From the human T2T-CHM13v2.0 reference genome, Homo sapiens: DNA of 64,000 bases. Where the stretch lies: NCBI RefSeq assembly GCF_009914755.1, contig NC_060931.1, one strand, 5' to 3'. This document shows, one piece after another, positions 1 through 15,330 of this stretch; positions within the stretch are counted from its first letter, which is position 1, and each line of letters begins with the position of its first letter. The notes beneath the pieces were generated by a model. The model was given only the letters and a program-made list of their open reading frames with translations. It made no database searches and was not told the DNA's origin. Position numbers and translations under genes: made by a program.

Positions 1-734
1 ATGATGTGTGGAATCTTTCACAGGCTTGGACTCTCTTACTTTGATTATTAGCCATAGACCACTCTGGAGTTCCATACGGCTCTCATGATTTGGTTAGGAA
101 CACCCAGATGGTCTCCCTCTCCTTGTGCTTGTAACATAATCCAGTCACAGGAGTAAAATGCATCCTATTAACAGTACTGAAGATTAGGGGGAGAGATCAT
201 GGGTCATTTTAGAATTTTGCCTAACTTGCACACCATGATGGTGAGATGGTAGGATGCATTAGTAAGGGGAGGTCTGAGGGCTGATATTGTCTTCCTGGAT
301 AGGAGTAGAAAATGCAGAACCTGAAGGAAATGCCTGAGAATGAAGGTTTAAATAGATGACTAACAAGCTTTTGGTTTGCTAGTCAGCATGCTGGGGTCAG
401 TTCTTAAATTTGAGTTTGGAGATAATGAATTTGTGGGGACATCAATCCACATGGGCATGTGTTTTCCCCGTGTAGTCTGTATATACAAGCAGAAGTGAAA
501 GATTTTAATTGAAGTTTCTTTTGGGAAAGCTGGACAAAAGGATGACAGGTCAGAGGAGATGACAGGCTGAAGTGATGTTCCCCAGAATCTAGGCCAGAAA
601 CAGACAAGACAGAGAAAACCAGTGAGAGAGAAGGGATAGCAATTTACTTGCAAGGGCTGCAGGGGTGGACGGCTGGATTCCAGTTAAAGCAGGAAGTGGA
701 AGAACGCTTCAGTAAGAGGGTAGAGATCTAGAGC

Positions 735-900
735 ACAGGTTCTCCAAGTGGGGTTCCTGAACCAACAGTGTCCACATCACTTGTTAGCAAGGCAGATTCC
801 CAGGTTCACCCCAGACCTAGGAAATGGAAAATTCTGGTAGTTTTTGAATGGAGCACAGGAATCTGCATCTTTAGTTGATTTGGATGCCTCGAAGGCTTGA
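735..900. mobile_element. MER5-family hAT-Charlie MITE, degenerate
   Basis: caggttctccaagtg... start and gcagattcccagg..cccagacc core resemble MER5. Confidence 0.5.
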
Positions 901-1773
901 GAATTATTGATGCAGCATTTCTCGTGTTGTGTAAGAATGCTTTTTATCATGAATGGGATTGCGGAGGGACAGTAGCCAATTCCTGGAAGAAGAGGACCAG
1001 CTCTACCTGGGTGGGAAATGCTGAGCATATGGCAGAGGACAGATGGCCTGTGTTCTGCATGACAAGGGTAAGTGTAAGGCAAGGCTGAATCACTGGACTT
1101 ACAGTTTTCAGAAATAGTAAGTCCTGGCCATCCCATTCTTGATTGTGTTCGTGAGGTTGTATTCCACGGCCAAGAATAGTAGCATTGACTGATGAGAGTT
1201 GGAGAAGGGTCAGTCTGGGCCTGGCTTGGCTGTTCCTTAAAAAGGAGGGAATCCAAACCCCAGGAAAAGTGGCAGAAAATGGGAGTGAGTTTCTGGGACC
1301 CTGACTGAGTGCCTAAAGCAGCAAGAGACCAGTGTTGGCCACAGAGGGACACGCTTGCCTATGAGCAAGATCCAGCTTCACTTTGGCTCAGCAAACGATG
1401 GACTTCCTCTCCTCTAGCTGCAGGAACACCTTGGCCTCCTGAGATGCCTCTACTGTGGCCTAGTCTCAGCTACAGGAGCATGTGTGGGCTGTGGTCAGGC
1501 AACAGGAAGAGGAAGAAAGGGAGAGAGAGATTTTGGGATGTGGGTACCTGACCCAGTATGGAAATCCCTGTATATTCTTAAACTTTTTCTGAGTCACTCT
1601 GTGAAAATTGTGGGACTTTGGCAGTAGAAAGCAAGAGAATTAGAATGCAGCCATACAAGGTTTTTCATTGTTTTAAGAACTCCCTAGCCCCCAAATCAAC
1701 AAATCATGTCGGGTAAATATAAATGCACACTGCTGATATGGCAGTAAAGCCAAATGTACTTGATATATAAAAA

Positions 1774-2114
1774 CAGTGGGCCCACCCTATCAGCAGGTTC
1801 TACATTCGTGAATTCATCAAACTACAGATAGAAAATATTCAAAAAAAAAATGGATGGTTCTGTCTCTATGGAACATGTGCAGACTCTCTTTCTTGCCCTT
1901 ATTCCCTAAACAATACATTATAACAACTATTTACATTGTATTAGGTGTTAGAAGTGATCTACAGATGAATTAAAGTATATGGGAAGATGTGTGTAGGGAA
2001 CAGGCAAATAGCACGCCATTTAATATAAGGGACTTGGGCATCCACGGATTTTGGTATCTGTGAGGGATTGAGGGAGTTGGTCCTGGATCCAACCCCCTCA
2101 GATACTGACCACTG
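1774..2114. mobile_element. Tigger3/MER2-family TcMar MITE
   Basis: CAG...CTG ends; attccctaaacaatac and taagggacttg.gcatccacggattttggtatc motifs. Confidence 0.75.
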
Positions 2115-2391
2115 TAAGGTTCATACTTCTAAGTTTAAAATGTAACTATGTGTGAGTGAATGTGGATAGCATTTGCTAAGAAAAGCCCTGTACTTACTTG
2201 TGATATATAAAATATTCACAAGAAACTAGTACCACTGGTAGACATTGGGGAAGGTAACTGGAGTGGAAAGGAAGAAAGTAGAGTTTTCATGATTAAATAT
2301 TATGTACCTTTTAAATTTGTATTAGGTATTATTTGTACTTATGTATTATTCATAAATAAATACATTCCATTTAAAAAATAAATAATGAGCT

Positions 2392-2397
2392 TTTATT
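2392..2397 (-). terminator. RP9: Likely RP9 polyadenylation signal (AATAAA on - strand)
   Basis: TTTATT on + about 410 nt after the stop, followed on - by T-rich sequence. Confidence 0.7.
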
Positions 2398-2806
2398 ATT
2401 CTCAACAACAGAGAAGACTCCAGCCTGATGTCTATGGGACCTGAGTCCACACTGTGGAGGGCACAAGCTGTGGGAGGGCCTGGAAGACACGCCTCAGAGA
2501 TTCTCCCAGTCCTGCCACCCTGTGGGAGACACTTCAAAGGAATCGTAAACTCATGTGACCAGCAGGGAGGACAACGATGAAGAAACTTTCCTGCCTAAAA
2601 TCAGCTGCTGTCCAGAGCTAGCACCTGGAAGGAGACACTCCCTCTCCTGGGGTCACATCTTCACTGCAAGGCGGGTGGGAGCTCACTGCTGTGACCCACA
2701 TATACTCCTCTCTCGGCGTCTCTATCCTGCTGCTTTCTCTGACTGCATCTTCCTCTGTTCCTTGGTCAGTGTTTGAGAAGAGAATGTTGAACAAGTCACA
2801 TCCTTG

Positions 2807-3005
2807 TCACTCTGAGTCAGAACCCTCATTTGACTTGGAAGATCTGTGCTTCCGTTTTTTCTTCTTTTTCTTTTCTTTCTTCCTTTTCTTATGCTTTTCT
2901 TTCTTCTTCTTTTTCTTGTGTTTCTCTTTACCTTCAGAGGAACTGGAGCTGCTCCTATCTTCATCTGAGGTAGAATCCTCCAGTAACTGTTTTAACTGCT
3001 GTATC
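2807..3005 (-). CDS. RP9: RP9 exon 6 coding part (199 nt), Ser-rich then Lys-rich tail ending SNEGSDSE*
   Basis: tttag acceptor at 3007-3006; TGA at 2809-2807; exon sum 152+31+130+92+62+199=666 nt = 221 aa + stop. Confidence 0.97.
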
Positions 3006-3403
3006 CTAAACATTCAAAATTGATCAAAGAACAGTGAGTTTTAGCTTTAACTTACAACAGTTGCTTAGATAAATATGTCATTCAAAAGCAGTATAGGATG
3101 ATGAATAACCATGTCACAAAGACAGTATTTTTATTTTTACCTGTTTTCTCATTCTTCTCCACCTGAATGCCTACTTTACGTGACTGTAACCAGTGTACAA
3201 GCCACTTTGTATTCTTTTTATTGTCCTAGACATTTCTGCATGTTTCCACAGTCCTTACAATTGTAATTTCTAACAGACGCATACTTTACTAAACCATTCC
3301 CCTACTGCTCAATTTCTTAATCTACATCTTTAACAGTTATAATGCCACCAATTTGAAAAAACAAACCCTCCAATTTTTTCCACCTCTCTCTAATCATGTC
3401 TAA

Positions 3404-3707
3404 TTTTTTTCTTTTTTTTTTAGAGACAGGGTCTTCCTCTGTCACCTAGGCTGGAGTGCAGTGGTGCAATCATGGCTTACTGCAGCCTCAACCTACTGGG
3501 GTCAAGTAGATCCTCCCACCTCATCCTCCCGAGTGGCTGGAACTACAGGTGCGTGCTGCCATACTTGGCTACTTTTTATATTTTTTTGTAAAGATGGGGT
3601 TTTGCTGTATGGCCCAGGCTGGTCTCAAACGCCTGGACTTCAGTGATCCGCTGGCCTCGGCCTCCCAAAGTGTTAGGATTACAGGTGTGAGCCACTGAGC
3701 CTGGCCT
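3404..3707 (-). mobile_element. Alu (J-like), RP9 intron 5
   Basis: Dimeric Alu with poly-T on +. Confidence 0.9.
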
Positions 3708-4065
3708 AAGTATAATTTTTAACAAAAGCTCACATCCCTAAAGACTCTGGAGAAGATAAACTGAATCACATGAAAATATCAATTATACTGTACAAGTAGA
3801 CAGCACAACATGGGTTGCCAACATCAACTGCAGTGGCCAGAGAGCTGGACCAAGCCCATGGCTTTAAGTTAACCCAAGGAGGAGGAGGCTGGCCTGCTCA
3901 TTCCCCAACACTGGCCTTTTCAGCCATGACTCCTGCACTCCACATATTTTCACAATTGAAGTACCATGTTTACTGCACCATTCCTCTAACACTAGAGTGG
4001 TTTTCTCCAACTTTATATAATTTTAAAACTTTAAGGGGATATTGTTATCATCAGGACGACCTCAC

Positions 4066-4127
4066 CTTACGTCCTTTTCATGTCGTTTATTGTCTCGTAT
4101 GATGTCATACATGGGATCTTCATGTGC
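4066..4127 (-). CDS. RP9: RP9 exon 5 (62 nt), AHEDPMYDIIRDNKRHEKDV(R); contains codon H137
   Basis: cccttaag acceptor, gtgagg donor; phase fits. Confidence 0.96.
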
Positions 4128-4844
4128 CTTAAGGGTCAGAGAAGGTTAAGGTTTGGTTAGGCTTCATGGATCACAAGTTAAATACAATGAAATGCCTATG
4201 TTATGAAAACCAGTTTATTTTTTTTTTTACTGTTTGATGTAGCTGCATGTTCAACATGTTCTAGGTCACATCACTGAAAACTCATTAAGGCTAAAAAATG
4301 GATTTTCCAATTAGAAAAATACAGGAAATGGCTACTCTCAGCACACTGTCTTTGGGGTAGCCCTGCTCTGCAGGAGCAATCACAGAGCTATAACACTGCC
4401 ACCTCAAAAACAAAAGAAAAATACAGGGAATAACTGTCATCTAAAGAAAAAATATACGGACACTTTAATCTTACAGTTTAAAGACATGTACTCTTTAAAG
4501 ACCGGGAAATTAAATCCCTGATTTCAGTCATGAAACATGACTTTTTTACACAGTAAATTTTAAAAAGTGCGGTTGAATAGATAACAATGTCTGTTTCAGA
4601 AAAAAAATCACTGTTCCAAGTTACAAGCAAAGATCACTTTAATAAGAATTCCTTTTTTTTGTAAAAGAGCTAATTTGTCATACAAATGTAATTTAATAAG
4701 CATGTAGTTAACAGCACACACTTTGGTCAAAGGGCTTCTGGGAATGTATTTTATGTGACCATTCAAGTTCACTGGTGACTTTCTGCTTCACTGATTTTCA
4801 CTATCTCTGATAAATGTAAATTGACACTCTTGGACTTTACTTAC

Positions 4845-4936
4845 CACTCTGAACTGCTCTAACTTTTGGTTGCCTTTGATAAAGAAAGGGCATTCTTTGT
4901 CACCCGTTCGGTGACCATAGCGTTTGCAACGCCAAC
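4845..4936 (-). CDS. RP9: RP9 exon 4 (92 nt), CCHC zinc-knuckle-like (C)WRCKRYGHRTGDKECPFFIKGNQKLEQFRV
   Basis: tttttag acceptor, gtaagt donor; C-x2-C-x4-H motif followed by C. Confidence 0.97.
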
Positions 4937-5122
4937 CTAAAAACAAAAAGAGAAATATTTCTGTAAGATAACAGTTTCACCTACTCAAGATAAAGAATCA
5001 GCAGAATATATTCAAGTTTTTCTTCATTAAACTCTAATTCTAAAACAAAATATAATTATGGACAAGCCATGTAAGATCCCAGAAACAGAGGTAAACTAAT
5101 TGCTTCCCCAAGCATCCTTTAG

Positions 5123-5611
<489 letters not shown>

Positions 5612-5677
5612 TGAGTCTGTTCAAAACTCTCACTTTTAAGTAAATAAAATCACAAGTTCTCTTAGAATATTAATGGT

Positions 5678-5955
5678 GGCTGGGCACAGTGGCTCCTACC
5701 TGTAATCCTAGCACTTTGGGAGGCAGAGGCGGGTAGATCGCTTGAGGCCAGGAGTTCGAGACTAGCTTAGGCAACATGGTGAAACCCTATCTCTACAAAA
5801 GTACAAAAAAATTAGCTAAGCCTGGTGGCGCATGCCTGTAGTCCCAGCTATCTCAGAGGCTGATGTGAGATCACCTGATTCTGGGAGGTTGAGGCTGCAG
5901 TAAGTTGTGATCACACCACTGTACTCCAGCCCGGGTGACAGAGTGAGACCCTGTT
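5678..5955 (+). mobile_element. AluJ-like lacking an A tail, RP9 intron 3
   Basis: ggctgggcacagtggctc...gagaccctgt. Confidence 0.88.
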
Positions 5956-6532
5956 TTCCTGACCCTGGTAGAAGGTTGTTTAATGTGTGGAAAAGGTAAA
6001 ACAGAGGGTCTCTGGCCAGGGAGACCAGGGAGACATCAGGTAGGTCTGAAGGAAGCTGCTGCAATAGCCACAAAGGGTCACACGAATGAATGAAAAGCAG
6101 ATGGACACATTTCCAGACTCCCTCCACTCGGCTCCCAGAACACTCATAGTATGGCTTTCCCTCCACGTGGGAGCCTTCTCTGGGAAAATATAACCCACCC
6201 AAAGAAGAAAAACCGATAGATACTGAACTCTGAGGCACGTTGTCTTTGCTTTTAACAAATGATCAAGGCAATGAAGCATTCCCATCAAAATTCTCAAGGA
6301 AACTGATTTTTAAATTAGAATTCAATATCCTGGTAGTTAAAAATCTGTTAAAGACGATTCCAGAAAAGTAAAGGTCTTAACATTTTTATCTTCTATAAAC
6401 CCATTTTGAAGGTAACTGCCATAGGATTTGTTATACCATAAGGAGAGAATATGATAATAAAGAAGACTCAAGACACAGGAAAATGGGTGATCCAACACGG
6501 GAGAGAGGCTAAGGGGACCTGCAGAAAGATGG

Positions 6533-6720
6533 TGTCTTAGTCAGCTCGGGCTGACATAACAAAATGCCGTATTCTGGGTGGCCTAAACAACAGAAACTGG
6601 TTTTCTCATTCATTCTGTAGGTTGGAAATCTGAGATCAGGGTCCCAGCAAGGTGGGTTTGTGGTGAGAGCTTTCTTCCTGGCTTAAGATGACAGCCCTCT
6701 TTCTTCTTCACATGGCACGG
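6533..6720. mobile_element. MaLR LTR fragment (MLT1/MST-like)
   Basis: tgtcttagtc..gggctg..ataacaaaat..ctgggtggc.taaacaacagaaa terminus typical of MaLR. Confidence 0.7.
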
Positions 6721-6880
6721 TGGTGGGGGGTGGGGTGGATGCTTCCTTATCTAGAAGATGGAGAACGTGCCTTGGCTGTAAGAGGGCTGTGATGAGAACA
6801 AGTTAAATAAAAGAAGTAAACACTCTTTGTAAATTGTGGCATGTAAGTTGCATGGATTAGGGAAACTCTCCCACACTCAC

Positions 6881-7010
6881 ACTGCATAACTTTGACTTCT
6901 TTCCCCAGTGGCATCCAAAGTCCTTTAGTTGGTGCATGAGCCAGAAATTCCCTGGCGTGTTCATTGCCTGGTACATCTGGTATGCAATCTTCTGGCTTAG
7001 TCTCATCTTC
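6881..7010 (-). CDS. RP9: RP9 exon 3 (130 nt), EDETKPEDCIPDVPGNEHAREFLAHAPTKGLWMPLGKEVKVMQ(C)
   Basis: ttttttag acceptor, gtgagt donor; open frame. Confidence 0.97.
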
Positions 7011-8104
7011 CTAAAAAAGGGAACAGGTATAAACAGCATGGCAAGAGCGCTGGGATTCTCTCCTGCTCCCCTTGGAGCCACCCTTGCCTGGCTTTTTCCT
7101 GGGCTTCCAGTGCCAACATCATCTTAGTTACCCCTCAAAACTAGAAAAAAAGACAAGTTACACCTGATTGAAAAAACAGGAAACAAATGTACCAGAAGAA
7201 CTATACCAAAAACAATGTAGCTGTTCTTAGAGAAAAGTTACTGGTGAAGCAGAAAAATCTGTCCTTATATAGCAATGACTGGGGAGCTCCAAATAAGATT
7301 CTGAGATTAAAAAAAAAAAGTTTCACTACCTCAAAATGTAGAATTAAAGTAAACCAGGCTTCCTGGAATAATAGAAATGGCCTGTTATGCTAGAATAGTT
7401 TATTATACCCTGAAGGCCCTGTCATGTTTTACAGTCACACACATGCTATATCTCTGATGTACATTTTTACCACTCAATAACTGCATTTACAATTAATGTG
7501 TTTTCAAACTTTTGGATTTTTTTCAAGTTTCTATGAATATTAAATTTACAATAGACTCATGTTTTTAAAGAATATTTCTTCGCTGAGAGTTATGAAACAG
7601 CAAGTTTTCTTGGCCGTGGCCTGCCACTCTAAGTCTCCCTCGTGCACACACACCCTGGCACCTTGGCCAGGGAGCTGCAGGAGGGATGCCTGTACCAGGG
7701 AGCGGGACTGGATAGCTGTCAGATCTCCTCAGAGTTTACTGCTCTCTGAGCTGCTGAGCTCAAGAAACCAGCAGAGGATGGACCGAGGGGCTGAGCCGGG
7801 TGAGGCCGACAAGGAAAAGGAGCTTAGAGATGCCATCCCCAGCAAGAGAGAAGAGGGGCATGGCCAAGGAATCCACGTGGGCCTGCACTGGTTCTTCAGG
7901 GAAGGGAAACATGGCTGATGAAATTTCTGCAAAGGCAGAGGCTTGTGACAAAACTAAAAATTATGACCCCTCATTCATCTGCAGGAAAAGAAACAGGCTT
8001 TTGGTAAAAGGAGATTTAACATCATGCAATTATTTTTCATAACAAGTTACTGAGTCTACAAGTATGTCTTGTGGAATAACCAAGAGTACAAACTTCACAC
8101 TAAC

Positions 8105-8135
8105 CTTGATAAGCCCAGGAGGAGGTTTTTCGTAA
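8105..8135 (-). CDS. RP9: RP9 exon 2 (31 nt), (F)YEKPPPGLIK
   Basis: ttttccag acceptor, gttagt donor; phase fits exons 1 and 3. Confidence 0.96.
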
Positions 8136-8893
8136 CTGGAAAACAAAAAACAAAACCTTATCAACCATGTTAATGTAAACATAACACATCAAGTTACTGC
8201 AAAAAAGGGGCTATAGGATTTTTAATCAGAGATTTTAGCAACAATAAGCTTTTATCACTGGTTTGCAGACAAGCAATCACCTGAGAAGAGCAGAATGCTT
8301 CTCCTCCCTGTGCTGAGCGGCACCTGCCATCTAAGACTGGCCAGGCCTTCCTTATTTCCATCCAGGGACTGAACCCAGAGGAGACCCAGAATGCTGAGCA
8401 CGCAAGTCTCCAGATGGGACAGGCAGCAAGATGGGAAGGAAATTCTGAAGGCGAGGTGTTTGTGCACTCAAAGAGCAACTCTCAGGCTCCTAAAGCAATT
8501 TGTACCTCCTCCCAAAAGAGTAATATGCAAATATTTTTAGCTCAGGTCTGTCCCTTGACCCTTTAAACCTTTAGGGAAGTATTTTTTTTTTTTTTGAGAC
8601 AGGGTCTTGTCGTGTTGCCTAGGCTGGTCTCAAACCCCTGGCCTCAAGCAATCCTCCCACCTCAGCCTCCTGAGTAGCTGGGACTACAGTTGTGTACCAT
8701 GGCACCATGACACCTGGCTCTCTTATTTTAATACTTCAGAATGGCTGCAACATAGAGAAACACTTAATGATTTAATGTTTTCTTCATTCGGACTCTCGTC
8801 TTATGCATAGTTTAAGGGACCCTTTAGAAGACAATGAATATTGGAAAAGGGAGTCAAGAATAGACAAAGGGAAAAGTGAAACAATTTTCATTT

Positions 8894-9355
<462 letters not shown>

Positions 9356-11104
9356 TTAAAATATTTCTAACAAAAAGCTGTGGCATGACATAGGCCTAAT
9401 GGAGCAAAAACAATGGAAATCTGCACAACTTGTGAAGATGATAGTTTATCTGTAGCCATTCATTAGAAACATTAATGCTATACCTTATGCATAGAGACTA
9501 GAAGGAGCTTGACAGTAAAGTCTATAAATCCAAAAATCCAATAAATGAATCCTTTTGAGCCACAAGCATTATACAAAAAATATATGGCCAATCGAATTGA
9601 GATCCAAATTCTCAAAAAAAAGTAACTGTTCTTGCCAAGATGAAAATGAGTGTGATGCAATTGCACATTTGGAAATATAATATTATCAGCAATGGCATTC
9701 CCAAAGTCCATTTTACAAGTGGTTTCACAAGTTTAAAGAAGGGTGGTTCATGTTGTTTCCCGGGGCTGAACAATTCATTAATGTAGTATACTCAAAAATA
9801 TATTTCTAAAAGTAGTATTTAACTACTAAATACAGATTAGAAAACTGAAGTATGTTCACGCACAGTTTAGGTTCTACAGTGTGACAGTTAAGAGGTATGC
9901 ATTTATCTTTGCAGTCACTGTCACCCAAGCTGGAGTGCAGTGGCGTGATCACAGCTCACTGCAGCCTTGAACTCCTGGGTTCAAGCAATCCTCCTGTCTT
10001 GGCCTCCCAAAGTACTGGGATTGTATACATGATCCACCGTGTCCAGCTGCAGTTAATTCTCAAGATAAAAAAAAGTTGATTGAGATGCATTATTTTGTGC
10101 CATCTGAAAAGCCTTACTTAGTCATTCAGACTGTACTAACTTTCTCTGAGTAGGAAGAAGACCAGTTATGTCTGAGACACGCTGTCTTCTCAAGTGTGTA
10201 CAGAGTAAGAAATCTTTTGTTAAGTGTTTCAAATTACTCTTTCTGTTGACTGTTGAGATGGGTTTTCTTTGAGAAGAGTCCCTAATGCAAGTGTACTCCA
10301 TTCCACACAATTGTTCCTGCAGCTGCATCCAAGGGGCTGCGTGGCAGAGGTGAAACTGCCACATACACCCAGAAGGTCCACTCTGTTATGCCTGGCAGCC
10401 CAGGAGCTATTAAGTGACAGAGAGTGTTGGAGCAGGTGGAAGCCTCGGATGCCCTCAGGGGCCTGGCAGGCAGGGTCACCGAGGGAAAACTGTGGTGGAG
10501 ACTCAGGAGACTCCATCACATCAGGGATGAAAAGATTTGAATTCAATTTATAAAAGAGCACTGTGGGGCTTCCCATTTAACATGGCCAACTGACCAACAT
10601 GCTTATCTATCTCCTTCCCCAGATGCTTTAAAAATGACAGTGAAAAAATAAAAAGGCCATAAAGATATCCCAAAAGGAGGCAACATCAGAGGAAGTTTTC
10701 AACAAATTTGGGAAAGTGGAAATAGCAATGGATTTCCCGGGGTGGAAGAAGTAACACTTTTCAGAAGATGAGGCTTCCTTCCTATAGCCAGGAGGCTGCC
10801 TGCCCAACACTTTAAGGAGGCTGCAGGGTTAGCCTCTCCAATTCAGCAACACTGGCAGCCAGGCAGAGATCCCTGGCCCCCAGGCAGAGGACTCAAGACC
10901 CTTCTCTAGAGGAACTTAGGAGCCCCAGAAAAAAATCTCCAACTACTGACATTTGGAAGTCTCTTGATAAAAAGGGTACCCTGCAGCATGAGCGCCCTAT
11001 CATGAAGCTATCTGATCAACAAACAACACCTTCTCTCTTTTTTCTCTCCCACACACAGCTGCCCTTGACAAGAGCTGTATAGCGCCTACTCTTAAATGAG
11101 TTGA

Positions 11105-11415
11105 GGCCAGAGCAGCGGCTCATGCCTGTAATCCCAGCACTTTGGGAGGCTTAAGTGAGAGGATTCCTTGAAGCCAGGAGTTCGCGACCAGCCTGGGCAA
11201 CATAGTAAGATTCCATCTCTAAAAAAAAAAGTGTAAAAAAACTAGCTAGGTGTCATGGTGTGCACCTGCAGTCCCAGCTACTCTGTAGGCTGATTCAGGG
11301 GGGATCACTTGAGCCCAGGAAGTCGAGGCTGTAGTGAGTTATAATCGTGCCACTGTGCTCCAGCCTGGGTGACAGAACGAGAGCTTGTCTCTAAAAAACA
11401 CAAAACAAAACAAAA
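11105..11415 (+). mobile_element. AluJ
   Basis: Dimeric Alu with (A/C) tail. Confidence 0.88.
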
Positions 11416-11839
11416 TATGGTTGAGATTCAAGAATACCCAGATATTAGAGAAAAAAAAATTACTAAATGTAAGACAGCAATCAAAATAAAAAGCAAACAA
11501 GAAATAGAGGCAATGTAGGGAACAAAAGACAACAAAAAAGAAAAACGAGTGAGTATCCTCATAGATGAGTGAAGATATTTCACTTATGAAACAAGAACAG
11601 GATAATATAAAAAACAACTTGCAGAATGAGAAAAAGCTTTTTGATTTAGAAATATAACAAATATGTTTAGTAGAGAAAAAGATACATCTACAAAGTACAA
11701 TGAAAATACAAAGACAGAAGAGATAGAGCAACAGAAAATCAACAGAAGGAAAAAACAAAATTGGGGAGAGGAAATAAGACATAAATTTATATATGTAGTT
11801 AATGCATTCATGACATGTCAAGAAAAAAAGAGTCAACTG

Positions 11840-12048
11840 CACAAACTGGGGAACAACACACACTGGGGCCCACTTGAGGGTGGAGGGCAGGCGGAGGGTG
11901 AGCATCAGAAAAAATAACTCTTGGGTACTAGGCTTTGTACCTGGGTGATGAAATAATCTGTACAACAAATCCCCATGACATGAGTTTACCTGTATAACAA
12001 ACCTACACAGGTACCCCTAAACCTAAAATAAAAGTTAAAAAAAAAAAA
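11840..12048 (+). mobile_element. 5'-truncated L1PA (older primate) 3' end
   Basis: ggaacaacacacactgggg...tgggtgatgaaataatctgtacaacaaa...aataaaagttaaaaaa; aaaaaa(g)agtcaa(c/t)tg duplicated on both sides. Confidence 0.85.
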
Positions 12049-12189
12049 GTCAATTGGAAAAGACTAACATTATCATGAAACTTCAGGATGGCAGCAATAA
12101 AGAATAGTTTCTTAACGTTTAAGGGTGAGGTGAACTTGAACAGGTAACTTATAAAAGAAAGGGACTCAGAATGGCATCAAACTCCTTAG

Positions 12190-12465
<276 letters not shown>

Positions 12466-12802
12466 TGACCTGTAATTTTATACCTAGTCAAATTATGTAC
12501 CAAGTTTTAGGATAGAATAAAGACATCTTCAGATATGCAAGGTGTCAAAAACTTTACCTCCAATGCACTCTTTCATAGGAAGTTGCAGAATTGGCTTTGG
12601 TAAAATGTGAGAGTAAACTTATAAAGAGGAAGACATGGAATCCAGGAATGAGATGCAAGATAGGAGAGTGGGAAAGGATGCCCTAGGACCACTGCTGGAC
12701 CAGGTCTAAAAAGTAACCAGTGTACTGAAGGACAACAGATTGAAGAGTCTAGGTAAAAAATGAACTGACTACCTGATATGTAGTTACGTGTGGAAAAAGT
12801 AC

Positions 12803-13564
12803 TATTGGGGCTCAGAAAATGATACCCCAAAGTATGGTGCTTTGGCATGCTGAGTACTTTGAACTAAATGAGATTAGAGAAGGCCTCAGAAGACAGTTGC
12901 TCTCTGACCTTCTCTTGCCCTCCTGTCTCCTGCCCTTCTTTCTTCCCCAAAGCAGTCAGAGAGGCCAGAATTCCTCTTTTCCACAAGTGGGCCATAAAAA
13001 CTAGAACAAGTCTCCCACAAAGCAAGCCAGAAGCCCTACAAATAACTTTAATTTTTTTTTTAAAGAAGATAAAATCTCAGTGGAACTTTTAAAAAAATAT
13101 TTAAAATAATAATAATAAACTCCTACAAATATTACCCTAACATTTCCTTGCCTTTCTGTGTCAGAGGTGGCCATAAAAACATGAGCTGACCTACCTTGTT
13201 TGATAGATCAGGACCCCTCATTCCAGAAAGGGTCCTGCCCCATATCTGGGAGGAAGTAATCGTACACAGAGAGGCCTGAAAAATCTGAATAGACAGGGCT
13301 TGCTGGATTTTCCCTATGACCACTGTATTATACCCTTTTTTGTCTAATCATATTTCTACACTGCTATACATTCTTCATCCAAACTAAGCATAAAAATAGT
13401 TTCCTCTGGGTCTCTGGGTCTTCCTTTGTCAACGTTCCCATGTCACATAAAACTTTGATTAAATACATTTGTTATGCTTTTTTCTTGTTGACCTATTTTT
13501 TGTTATAGGAGTATCTGCTGTGACTCCTATGATAGGTAAGGAAAGATACCTTTTCACCTTTATG
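12803..13564 (+). mobile_element. ERV1 solo LTR (MER39/LTR48-like)
   Basis: t(a)ttggggctcagaaaatgataccccaaagtatgg start; ATTAAA; 4-bp TSD gtac at 12799-12802 and 13565-13568. Confidence 0.75.
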
Positions 13565-13732
13565 GTACTCAGATTTTGGAGACATTGGGGGAAAAACAGC
13601 AGTAGAAAATTAAGTAAGTGAAAAACAAAGGCTCTTATTAACTACTTAAAAGTTAACAATAGTATAGAAAGCAAAATAAATCAGAGTACACTACCTGGCT
13701 CAAAGTGAGTAATAATTCATAGTTATATTGCT

Positions 13733-14569
<837 letters not shown>

Positions 14570-15330
14570 TTACACAGAGAAGCCTGGTTTGGGAGGGGGA
14601 AGAGGGACACAGGGAATATGAGTGGTTACTGAGGAGTTGGGCAGCCTATTGCTATTTTTTGGTAGCACTTTTAGTACTATTTGAATTTTAAAACTACATA
14701 TTACTGTGGTATAAATACAATTTAAAGCTCAAACAAGATTCTGAACTGGCCAAAGCAAATGTCTCAACGGCTCATTCAGTTTTAAATCTCAGAAACTGGA
14801 AAAATCCCACCAGTCAATCAGACACCTGGGTTCAGCTCTAGATTTGCTGGTTAACTAACTGGTCAATGTATGCTTGATCACATGACTTAACCACTGTTCC
14901 TCCATTTTTTCATCTGTAAAAGTAGGTTATAATCTCTCTCATCTGTGAAAAAGCTCTCTGAGCTACAAATAAGTGGAATTAACCATCCTCTAGCATCCTA
15001 TAGCTAAATATATTGAGGGCTGGGCAGGGCCAGGCATTCTGATGCTTACGCTAGGGGAAGATCTTTGAACACCTGACTTCCCTGGGAGACCAAGAGCGCC
15101 ACACAGTGACTTGAAAGGGCCAGGACTGCCCTGTAACATGGATGCCCACAATGCAGGGTCTCTATCCTGCATCCCCTGCCCTGCTAAGGGGAAAAGTCGT
15201 TCAGAGCGGGCCACACTGGAAAAAGAGCAGGCCAGGTCCCAACATAGGAATTTATCTCACATCAAACCTCCCAGAAGGTTAATTATAAAAAGGATTTTAA
15301 TTCTTTGAGGAACTTTTCTTATATGAATTA

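Noticed and set aside
777-1352. 191-aa - strand ORF downstream of RP9
   Set aside because: Non-ATG start, overlaps MER5, no splice or homology support
4145-4151. U12-like branch site CCTTAAC in RP9 intron 4
   Set aside because: The donor is GTAAGTAA (U2-type), not RTATCCTT, so this is not a minor-class intron
7650-7940. Possible poison exon in RP9 intron 2 (acceptor ctctgcctttgcag at 7927)
   Set aside because: No convincing donor; cannot be supported without RNA data
11339-11968. 209-aa Phe/Leu-rich - strand ORF
   Set aside because: Antisense reading of A-rich L1 and Alu sequence; compositional artefact
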